From Naegleria gruberi (lineage: Eukaryota): a DNA stretch of 64,000 nt. Under the pieces are notes generated by a model. It worked only from the letters and a program-made list of their open reading frames with translations, was not told the origin of the DNA and did not search any database. The stretch lies in assembly GCA_000004985.1 (NCBI GenBank), contig GG738870.1; one strand, written 5' to 3'. The position numbers were made by a program, and so were the translations under genes. Below are positions 10,534 to 20,544 of the stretch, one piece after another. Position 1 is the stretch's first letter. Each line of letters starts with the position of its first letter.

Positions 10534-11688
10534 CTAATTGGTTGGTATTTCTGTAGTTTTTCCAAACAAGGCCAATAAAATACATCCTGGCACTAAAAGC
10601 ACCAAAACACTTATAAAGAATTGAAGAATTGCCTTCCATCCTCTTAATTCTCTGAAAAATACTAATCCACATATTCCTGTAATGACCATTGCTGTTTCAG
10701 TAAGTGGCATACCAATGGTCAATCCAAGTGGAGAAACTGAAACATAATAGGCAAAGAAATTTCCAGTTTGCCACAAGAATGCTGTTAATGCAGGAAATAT
10801 TGAAAGTTTGAGATGGAATGGAACTCTCTTTTTAAATCTAATCAAGTAATAAACGTAGTAAACAATTAAAATTGCTGTTGTAATGACAAACGATCCAATT
10901 CCAAAGGCGACCATATAGACAAGTCCTGTATCTTCATCTAAACGAGATGGTACGAACATACTTCCACCAGTTATTCCACATAATACCGAGGCTACTAATC
11001 CAATGAAATATCGTTTAGAATTTTTCAAAATCTTGATAAACTTTTGAGATTTGGTTTCATAAACTCCAATTGTTGATTCAATCTCTGATAATTCAGAATA
11101 TAGTGTTGGATCATTCACAGAAGGATAAATAGGAACATCACTACTAATATTCTCCTGTTGATTTGTGGAATTTTCTTGTTGATAAAGTGGTGTTGTTTCA
11201 GTATTATTTTCCTGTCCAGACTCTTCAACACTTGCATTGATTGAAGTTTCAGATTGTTTTTCAGCAACAGGTTCTGGATTATTCCACTTACTGCAAGTGG
11301 CAGTTCCAAAAATACCAATAATCATAATAACCAATCCAAAAACAGTCAAATAAATATTTCCAATTTTAGATTGAAACAATGTAACACCCCAAATGAAATT
11401 GGTAATAATCACACAACCGGCCCAAGTTGATTGAGCAACAGCAGCTCCAAGATACTCCACAGCCACAATGGAAAACAATGAAGAAGGAACCCAAATTCCA
11501 CTTCCTGCCACAGCCCACCAACTCCATTTAAACTCATTCCAAGCTAGAACAATTAAACTCATCAATCCAACCACAAGAGAAAAGTAAAATTGAAATACAA
11601 TCGGATCAAATTCAACATTTCTAACCCATTTAACTTTCATCGGCAAGACAAAAGTTCCCCATGTCAAAATACTGAAATGTGTCATCAA
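10534..11688 (-). CDS. polytopic membrane protein (about 10 TM helices, transporter-like)
   Basis: 384-aa ORF with ATG at 11685. Two hydrophobic halves are separated by an Asn/Ser/Glu-rich loop (…NASVEESGQENNTETTPLYQQENSTNQQENISSD…). Drug/metabolite-transporter-like topology. Family not confidently identified. Confidence 0.45.
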   Translation of the reverse strand: MMTHFSILTWGTFVLPMKVKWVRNVEFDPIVFQFYFSLVVGLMSLIVLAWNEFKWSWWAVAGSGIWVPSSLFSIVAVEYLGAAVAQSTWAGCVIITNFIWGVTLFQSKIGNIYLTVFGLVIMIIGIFGTATCSKWNNPEPVAEKQSETSINASVEESGQENNTETTPLYQQENSTNQQENISSDVPIYPSVNDPTLYSELSEIESTIGVYETKSQKFIKILKNSKRYFIGLVASVLCGITGGSMFVPSRLDEDTGLVYMVAFGIGSFVITTAILIVYYVYYLIRFKKRVPFHLKLSIFPALTAFLWQTGNFFAYYVSVSPLGLTIGMPLTETAMVITGICGLVFFRELRGWKAILQFFISVLVLLVPGCILLALFGKTTEIPTN

Positions 11689-12214
11689 TAATGATAATGA
11701 TGATACCTACCAAACAGAAACTCCAACCCATCCAAACCATTCCGGAACCTTATCTCCACCATTCGTTCCATTAGTATTATTATTGGAATTATTTTGCAAA
11801 AGTGTGTAGGATGAAATTTCATTAATTATTGATGGGATGGGATAGAGAGAATTTAGCATCGGAGGAAATGCACTCATCACTGATGATGACGCTTGTTGCG
11901 TTATTGGTGGTGCAACCATAATGATGTGAGACAAAAGTTGTCGTGTATTTTTTTTGTTAAAATTCCCAAGAATCTGGGAGGATTCTGCTTTATTCAAAGG
12001 ATTTGGTGAATTCTGCTTGATATTCTCGAATAATCATATATTTAATCCAATTATTGAATGGAATGTTACAGTCAATGTTGCTATTCTACCTAGCTATAAC
12101 TAATACACATGTGGTTCAACTCTCATTTGAAGTTGGTGCATATTAATATCGGCTTTAAATTGTAAAGCCTTAAGTACTTTAAAAAAAATAACAAACTACT
12201 TAATAAAAATACTA

Positions 12215-14126
12215 ATGGCCTCATCACCAACGAGAATTTTTGAAGCCTACGAGATGGTAAGCTATATTGGTGAAATTGAGAACCAACGCACACAATCAAT
12301 ACAAGAACTTGTACCTCTAAAATCAAAAGATCATAACATTTACCTTATGAACGACAGATATGAAATTGATTGTTTCCCTATCGATTATTCTATTCATATT
12401 AAAACGCATCCATTCAAATTTTCCCAACTAAAGAACTCCTCTGAAGCAGATATTTGGAAATTGATCAAGAGGATTGCTCTTCAACAAAGTATATTTAAAG
12501 GTAGATTTATTGGTTTGAAAGGAAAAGACGGCAAGGTTAAAACTGTATCCGAATTTAAGGCTTTTATAGATCAAGTTGATATTCAGACAGATTTAAAGTT
12601 CGTTATTGTTAAAGAGAGGTTTGAGAATGTATTTTCTACCATTGAATCAAGGCTAAACCAATTAAATTCCTTAGAAAGGAACACTTGTTCTATTATCACC
12701 CTGGCAAAGGACGCTTCCTTTAACTCAAGTGCATTGGAAGGGAATATTCACAGCAACAAAGGACGAATTTGAGGCATCCGAAAGTGAGGATGAAGATTCA
12801 CTCACTCCTGATACTAAAGAAATACGAGTACTGAGAAAGATGCATGAAAGATTCCAAACCGATATAATTAATGGAAAGGTTTATACACTCGATGAAGAGC
12901 TACTGTTGACAGAACACAAAGAAATGGCCATTGGTCTTGGAGAGGGTGCAGGAAGATTCAGAAGTGTAAATGTTTATGTTAAAGGATCTTCCCACAAGTT
13001 TGCACCTTATGATACAATAAGAAGCAAGTTGGCATCTGTTTTAATGATTTTCTACTCCAAAATCACCAGCGCCAATTCGTTGGAAGAACGAATTAAGGCT
13101 GCAATTTACATCCATTATGAAATTGTTAACATTCACCCATTCAGAGATTACAACGGAAGAATGGCAAGATATATCATGAACTTAGTTTTATTTCAGTATT
13201 GTAGAATTCCTCCGGTATCAATATTGCCAGGAATTAAGGATGAATACTTTGCTTCTGTTCGCGAAGTTGATAAGAATAATGATTATAGATTTATTACTAC
13301 CATCATTACAGAATCAATTATTAGGTCTATCGAAAAAGCATTTTATTATACTCACATACAGGATGGAATGGGACTATTGTTGAATAGATTTACATTGGAT
13401 CAGCTTGCAGAATATTGTAAATCTAACAACATTACCACTGACGAAAGTTCCAAGTCTAAAATGATAAGAGATATTTTGAGACTCTCTAATAGAATTGGAG
13501 AATTTGCTTTTGTGTTGGAGTTGGAAAAACAAGATTTACAATCAATAGTTCTGGACAATAATCTATCCACTTTTTCTCAATTGCAAACATGTTTAATAGA
13601 GATTTTATTTTCTAATCCAAACACCAACCTGAAACAATTTCTCAATTTATTCAACACTGAAGGTTTAGACAGATTCTTGGAATTATTAAGAATGAAAGAT
13701 GAGTCCTCTAAGGAAGGAAAAATTACAGCTATCATGGAAGAAGTATTAATATTAGGTATGAGAATCGGATTTGGTAATATGAAGGAAGAGAACATCTCTT
13801 CTTTATGCAATGAACTGAAGATCTCTTCATTTGGTTCCAAACTTGAAAACATTCATTCAATGTTTGGTGTTATTTATCCTCATTACTCTAGATTTAAACA
13901 TTTATTATTTAAAGAATACATTTGGGATATTAAGAAAGGTATTTCTTTGGAACAATTATATCAATTTCATTACTATGACTTACTCGTTTATGCAAAAAAA
14001 CAACAATTGAATTTAAAACATAAATCCAAGAAGAGCATTTGTAAGAATATTTTAACCAGTGGTCATATTAAGAGACTTAATGAGAATGACGATTTGTTGC
14101 AAAATCTCAAGAAAAAGAAGTTATAA
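12215..14126 (+). CDS. Fic (Fido) domain protein, putative AMPylase. Two ORFs (12215..12772 and 12729..14126) in different frames.
   Basis: HPFRDYNGRMARYIMNLVL matches the Fic core motif HPFx(D/E)GNGR (D/E-G read as D-Y-N-G here). ORF1 starts at a real ATG. ORF2's listed start is GTG. The frames overlap over 12729–12772. Confidence 0.65.
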
Positions 14127-14255
14127 CCAAATATATTAGGTTTCATTTCACTTATGAATTTGACTCTTTCCAAATTTGCAAACCAAAATATTTAACATAA
14201 AGCAAATTGTCATTATAAATTGTCGTATTAGATTTAGTTTTGAAGAATATTGAAT

Positions 14256-14344
14256 GGGTGGTTAGCTCAGCGGTAGAGCACCGGATTGCAAAGTTATTTG
14301 CAGCAGACATCCGATGGTCACGTGTTCGATCCACGTACCACCCT
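14256..14344 (+). tRNA. tRNA-Cys (anticodon GCA) with 17-nt intron
   Basis: Sequence is identical to the minus-strand copy at 7618..7706, so the cloverleaf is the same. TTTT lies just downstream. The ORF-track entry 14152..14391(-) is a translation through this tRNA. Confidence 0.8.
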
Positions 14345-14739
14345 ACCTTTTGACTGTGCAATTTACTTAAAGGGTAAGATTTTTTTAACATGTTTACAGT
14401 AAAAACATAACGAAATTGATAACTTTACTAATGAGACAAACTTCTTCTCCATTGGACTGTTCATGAATTCATGAAAGTTAAATGTCAACATTGTTGATAA
14501 GTTTGAAATGTAACTTCTAAAGTGGAATGAAAAATAATATTTTGGTAATATTGCGAAAACAGAAGTTTCCCTTATCGTCCATTCATTACTCTAACTTTCG
14601 TCTCATTTCCAATAAGGAGCAGTAAATTTCGAAGAGTCTTTTAATTGCATTGTAATGATGTCAATTAAACATTTAAATATTTGATCACTGATTCTATTCT
14701 TAATTATTCACATTTAAAAAACTACAAACACAATTAACA

Positions 14740-15710
14740 ATGCAATCTCCACAATTCTGGCTTCAAGATGTCAAACCAAAATGGTTACCTGAAGGTTTCC
14801 AAGTTGTAAGTATTGTTGACTTCTTGATTCTTATTAACATTGAAAAGCCAACTGAAATGATGGATCAAATTGAACAATTAACTCAAGAAGCACAGAATGC
14901 CTATTATTCTGTAGATAAAGAACGTAATGGATTCTTGAGAAGAAGAGAATTCAAGAAGGCAATGAAGAAATTGGGTATTAACAAGTTTGAAGCAAAGTAA
15001 GTTTATTTGTGGTATTTTGATTCATCCAAATCTAAAGACATATGTTAATCTTGGTTGATCAAGAACGTCTCAAGGTTGTTAGCATTAAGAACTATGTCAA
15101 TGCCTACTTGTTTATTAAGAGTGGTGGTTTGAATCATGAACACACTGATTATCAAGGTCCAATTACAACTGGTGTTGACAAGAGAGAGCACTTACTCAAA
15201 AATCAATCCCAATTAATCAAAGTTGACTTTAAAACTTTCGTTAACAATCAAGGAACAGCCAACGTTTCAGCAGCATTCATTACCCAAAATGGTTTCACAA
15301 GAATTCCACGTGGTATTTTCATTTGGTTAATAGTCAACTTGAAGAATGCAGCCACTGGCATGTTCTTATGTTCTGAGAATGGAAAAATTGTTGCCAATCG
15401 TCCAGCTGCTGGCACTTGGGAAACTTTCACATTTTACAACCATACCGATTGGGCAGATAGTTTCCTTCGTGCCTTTAAAACAGTTTGGAACACTTACTTG
15501 TGTTGTGAAGATACTAATATCCTCGTTGATAATAGAGCTAACATTGGAGATTGGGAAAAGTTTGAAGCTTTCCCATGTCCTGGTGGTTATTATTTCAAAT
15601 CTTGGACAGGAAAGTATATTTCTGGTGATGCTTCTGGAAATGTTTCAATGGCAAACTCTGTTGGTCTAAATGAAGCATGGGATATTACAATTCTTGGATC
15701 ATATCCATAG
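14740..15710 (+). CDS. EF-hand-like N-terminus fused to a domain of unknown type (possibly beta-trefoil/fascin-like). Two exons.
   Basis: Exon 1 starts at ATG 14740 and ends at …KFEAK. Donor GTAAGT at about 14997, acceptor …TCTAAAG at about 15037, a 41-nt intron joining in frame (…FEAK|HMLILVD…). DKERNGFLRRREFKKAMKKLG is EF-hand-like. The second-exon domain has W…F spacing (GTWETFTF, GDWEKFEAF). Confidence 0.5.
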
Positions 15711-15862
15711 ATGTTAGATGTTGCATTGATTAAGGACTATTGTATATTATATTATTGTATTATTATTGTATTTAAAGACTCAGTAAAAAGTGAATTCCCA
15801 ACTCAAGTTTATTTTTATATTTAATAAGAATCTGTGGAAACTAAGAGAAACGATCGAAAAAA

Positions 15863-16693
15863 ATGTTAAATTTCGACTTGATACAATCCACTGACGAAGA
15901 GTTTGATATTGCGATCAATCAAGGTTTTCTTTATGAACATGAACGAGATGGAAGGCAAATTCTTGTACATCGAAACATGGAAAATCAAATATTGTTCTAC
16001 ATTTGCACAACCCATCATGAAGAAGAAGAAACATTAGATTTGGTGAGAGAGGCATGTCTTTTGTTAAAGGAGGATAAAGTAAAAGGATATGGCACCAGCA
16101 ACTCACCAATTATTGATCAAGGAATTACCAAATCAACCACATTACAAGAAATGATAGAACTCTTAAAAAATGGACTATCACCAAGAATTATCATGAAAAA
16201 GAGTTGCATTATTAATCGCGTTGATTTTGTGCAATATTTGATTGAGAATAATTTGTTTCAAATCAATGAAATCTGTGACAAACATAATAGATACTCAATC
16301 TTACACTTTGCTTGTTATTTCTATTGTCCAGAAATTGTAAAATATGCACTTGATATGGGAATCGACACAAATTTGAAAGATGCCAGAGATTGTATCACTG
16401 CCTATACAGATCTTGTGTGGAGAATACTTAAACAATTAGTTTACAAATCTAGCAATCAAGAAGAAGTCAGTTCAATGCTTTCTAAGAATGGTCTTCCTAC
16501 TAATCTGAAAAGTAATTCTCAAGTTGGTGATGTTGATGTGAATCTGTTGGAGAGTGTCATGTTGGAGACGAAGGGGCTCACTATCACATCCATTGTTAGA
16601 TTAGGATATGAATTGGCCATGTTAAGAATGTTAAGGAAGGCAATTTATAATGTAGATTCACCAAGCAGTAGAGTTAGTTCAGTATTTCAATGA
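15863..16693 (+). CDS. hypothetical protein with ankyrin-repeat-like segments
   Basis: 276-aa ORF starting at ATG. …YSILHFACYFYCPEIVKYALDMGIDTNLKD… resembles the ankyrin consensus (xLHxAax…vv..LL..Gad.n.kd). Confidence 0.4.
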   Translation: MLNFDLIQSTDEEFDIAINQGFLYEHERDGRQILVHRNMENQILFYICTTHHEEEETLDLVREACLLLKEDKVKGYGTSNSPIIDQGITKSTTLQEMIELLKNGLSPRIIMKKSCIINRVDFVQYLIENNLFQINEICDKHNRYSILHFACYFYCPEIVKYALDMGIDTNLKDARDCITAYTDLVWRILKQLVYKSSNQEEVSSMLSKNGLPTNLKSNSQVGDVDVNLLESVMLETKGLTITSIVRLGYELAMLRMLRKAIYNVDSPSSRVSSVFQ

Positions 16694-16701
16694 CTCAAAC
16701 G

Positions 16702-18207
16702 TTACTGATTTGAAAATTTAAATCTATTAATTAAATCAGCCAAGTCATTCACACAATGAGTTTCAATCTCCTCAAATAAATCATTTCCAAAATAATATTC
16801 CTCAGATTCAATTTTTGAAATGATTAATCGTTTCCTCAATTCAACATTTTCAATATTCAATTCTGCAGGAGCACCAATTGTTAGAAATTGTTCCAAAATA
16901 AACTCTGCTGCCATTTTCTTATTGTGATAATTCTCCTTCTTGTATTGTTGAATAGATTTCCAGCAGAGAAGTGATTCTGGACAGTAACATCGTCTGGCAA
17001 AGTCCAACAATTTCTGATAATAATTCTCATCTTCCAAATTGCTTGCTACTTGCGAATCTTTGTTATTGGATAGATTACCTGTTGAATCTAGACGTGCTGA
17101 CCTATTCTTCTTGAAACGGTCCAAATAAATCTCCCAAGCAATTGGTCTCAATACTGTAATGATAATTTCCAAACTTGCAAAAGCGAATAGGAATAAACTA
17201 TATGGAATAATATAATCAACCAATGTAATATATCCATTAATATTACCCAAAATTACAAATAGCGCCAATCCAATTACTTGCGTAATGATAATTACAATAG
17301 ATTCAGTCTTGATATTCCAGGCATCTCTATCTGCCATTAGTAATAGAATTATTGAACCAATTTCAAAAATGAGATAGATCAGCGTAAGGCAAGACACCAA
17401 TATTAGCCCATTAATTGTTAAAACACATCCAAATCTGAATTCAAACATTCCAGGGTAGACAAATAATTGAGAAGCTCCATTCTCAAACTTTTTCCCAGTC
17501 TTGTCAATTCCAAATTCAATACCAGCCATCAAGAGCCATAACAGTGTATTGAATAGAAAGCAAGTAATGTACACAACCGCCACAAATTTGTAACTGGTCA
17601 AGAATTGTAATGTTTTGATTTTAAACTTCATGGAAAAATTAGTTTTCATCAAGGAATAATCCATCTTGTTGGCAACAGCTGCATTACTTGGTATTTCATC
17701 AGGTATTTCCATATTATAAGTATCCACAACACTCTGATCAGATAAACTCTTAGAAGATTCCACCTTTTCCACTGGCACACTTTCCAAATTGTTATCATTC
17801 ACTTCATTTTCCAGAGCTATCTCTTGCTTCACTTCCATCTCAATATTGGAAGATTTACTTTCCAATACTTTCTGTTGTAATTGATTCTCAAATAGTTTCA
17901 TCTTGACCTTATTCAATTTATAACTCGAAAATACACGAATGCATCGACACGTCGAGGGAAGTGTCATTATTGGACCCAGACAGAAGCACCACGAGTAGAT
18001 TGCACATGGAAATAACTTTCTTCCAATTAAAGTCCTAATACAGAATATTGTGATGAAGAAAAAACTTGAAAGTAGAGTTAGAATGGAATGCGAAAGGTTT
18101 CGTGCTCGGATACTTTTCGAATTTTGTTTAAATATTAGTCCAATAATCGAGAGAATGATGAGTGAGAAGTAGTAGAGAAGAAAGAGAGAAGTAATTCCTA
18201 CAGACAC
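16702..18207 (-). CDS. polytopic membrane protein with C-terminal RGS domain (paralogous architecture to 5027..7408)
   Basis: 501-aa ORF; listed start is GTG, so the true start or an upstream exon is uncertain. N-terminal TM cluster, soluble acidic insert, second cluster of 4 TM helices. C-terminal NYYQKLLDFARRCYCPESLLCWKSIQQYKK…FILEQFLTIGAPAELNI fits the RGS box. Confidence 0.55.
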   Translation of the reverse strand: MSVGITSLFLLYYFSLIILSIIGLIFKQNSKSIRARNLSHSILTLLSSFFFITIFCIRTLIGRKLFPCAIYSWCFCLGPIMTLPSTCRCIRVFSSYKLNKVKMKLFENQLQQKVLESKSSNIEMEVKQEIALENEVNDNNLESVPVEKVESSKSLSDQSVVDTYNMEIPDEIPSNAAVANKMDYSLMKTNFSMKFKIKTLQFLTSYKFVAVVYITCFLFNTLLWLLMAGIEFGIDKTGKKFENGASQLFVYPGMFEFRFGCVLTINGLILVSCLTLIYLIFEIGSIILLLMADRDAWNIKTESIVIIITQVIGLALFVILGNINGYITLVDYIIPYSLFLFAFASLEIIITVLRPIAWEIYLDRFKKNRSARLDSTGNLSNNKDSQVASNLEDENYYQKLLDFARRCYCPESLLCWKSIQQYKKENYHNKKMAAEFILEQFLTIGAPAELNIENVELRKRLIISKIESEEYYFGNDLFEEIETHCVNDLADLINRFKFSNQ

Positions 18208-18639
18208 TGTTTCCGATCGATATTAATAAATACATTCGAATAAAAGAACAAATTCTAAATAAACAATTGGCTACTACATACTATAAGTATCTGGACATAT
18301 TAAATGTTCCATCTTGGGATACTTTTCAATGCTGTACATTCCTTGAAATAACATTGAATCGCACACGGTATTGTTTAATCCATCTTCGTTAGAAAGTTGG
18401 GCGTGGACATTGTTTAGGTTCATTTCGTGTCAATTTTTTGTTGCCTTTTTAATCATGTGATAGTCAATGAAGTGAAATAATCAATAATCACATCCTATTG
18501 ATCTATATGTTTAATAATTTCTCAGATTTTTCAACAATTTCCAAAAATTGCTCGAGTATTAAATAAATTAAACACGTGGAACAAGATTCAAACTAGTTGT
18601 CAAATAAATTTCTTACTTCTTATTGACTTGTTTTGGGTT

Positions 18640-20488
18640 GTTGTTGTTGTGGAGTGTGGTGATGGAGTGAAAATCCATTAAATACATAACCTCTATCTCT
18701 ATTGCCATCCAAGAAACGAATTCCACAATTGTTTGGATTAACTTCTGCATCGAACCATTCAGGTTTCAAATCCAACCACTGGTGTTTAAATATTATTATT
18801 AGAAATATGGGATAATGAATTATAATTTACAATTATTTTGAAAGTTCTGATAAAAACTTACCACTGAAAATTGTTAGCAAAATGTAATTTAATTAGAAAA
18901 CTTACTCTGAGTAAAGGCACGAACAGTAACACCGTGAGAAACAATAATGATATCATTAATACCCTCTGTTTCACTATCTGAAATGAGTTTCTCAAATAAT
19001 AATTTCACTCTCTTTGAAACATCAACTGTGTGAAAGAATTATGAATATTAAAAATTACTTGAAAACCTACATCTTGATTCTCCTAATGGAGGACGAGCAT
19101 AAAATCTTCCAAAAAATCCAATGTGCTTTTCAAAATGTTGAAATTCTTGTGGGAATCTCTTATTCAATTCATCTAATGGAACTCCTTCAAATAAACCAAA
19201 TTGTTGCTCCACCAGAAGAATGCTCTCTCTGAATGGTTGTTCTTGTGTTAAAAATTCTTTCAATAAATAACTATTTACCTTTGATCTTGAATTACGTTAG
19301 AGGCCTCAGACATGATAATATTGGCAGTTTCTCTAGCTCTATTGTAGGTCGAATTCCACATTCTAACTCTCAATGGATAGGTAACACTTTCCAATTTTTC
19401 TGATTCATCCTCATCCTCACTCAAATCATTATCAAATTTGAAGTCTGTTGTTTCATTTGAAACAAATTTCAATTCTCTCGAGAATTTCTTTTTTGAAATG
19501 TCTGTATATTTCAGATTTTCTTTTTGAATCTTTTCCCATAATCTCCTATTCATGTCTTCATAGAATCGTTTAATATATACACCAGCCTGTACATATTATG
19601 ATATTTGTGAATAAACACCACTTGACTACTTACAGCTTTTGCTTGTTCTTCACCAGCTTTACTCAATGGAATGGAGTGATCTGATTTCTCTTGTAAAATT
19701 GTCTTGTGTACATTGGTGACACATTGACCGTGTCTCACCAAAAGTATTCTGATATGTCTGGCTTTTTTCTTCAAATGTAAAATGTTCAATTTAATATCCT
19801 TTGGTTCAATTTCCTTACAAATAGGCAGAGAAATGATTGAATTTCTATGTGTATTTCTAGGAGATTCACAAATAGATTGTTTTCTAGTTGGAGAAGTTAA
19901 TTCTGCATTTTGTAATCTCACTGCAGTTGGTGCATTCTCAACATTTTGAGAATTTTCACAATCTACCATAATATTATTATTATTAGTATTTGTATCAGAA
20001 TTAGAGTCGTCCATTTCCACACACTCTGTAAAACTCTCCAAAGATACACTCTTCGGAACTTCGTCATCCTCCAGAGAATCGTAAAACATTTCCTTCAACA
20101 CAATAAATGCAGGTGATTGAGTTATTGAATACTCATCCCATTCCGATCGACCAGATGATGGAATATATAAATTGGACATGATTTCATTCTTTGAATTTTT
20201 ACCACCATCATGCTGTTGATTACTACTAGGTAGTGATAAGGAAGAATGACTTGATGAACTATAGTTTAGGGCTTGTTGTGATGATGAATTATTTGTGGGT
20301 GATGATGATGAAATAACCTCATCATTTAACGATAGAATTGGAATTTCCGATAACGTTGGTGCACTGTTGGTTGTAGGATGATGACTCGGAGTTGATGAAA
20401 CTTCATTGTTTTTCATGTTTTTTTTTGGTGGTTCAACAAATTCAAAATTTTCATCGTTTTGCTTGTTGCTGTTTGCTCGTTTCTTCAT
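18640..20488 (-). CDS. histidine phosphatase superfamily (phosphoglycerate-mutase-like) protein with a long low-complexity N-terminal extension. Multi-exon.
   Basis: RHG catalytic motif (IRILLVRHGQCVTNV) in the exon ending at about 19630. GTAAGT…ACAG introns join downstream exons that encode …STYNRARETANIIM… and …IIIVSHGVTVRAF (second catalytic His, SHG). About four introns, each 45–90 nt. The N-terminal roughly 230 aa are Ser/Asn-rich. Confidence 0.6.
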
Positions 20489-20544
20489 TTTTTATAATAA
20501 ATATTTAATTTTATTCGAAATCAAGTTGGATATCACTTGACTTG

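Noticed and set aside
14152-14391. ORF-track entry 14152..14391 (−), 79 aa
   Set aside because: Antisense translation across the plus-strand tRNA-Cys copy. Same artefact as above.
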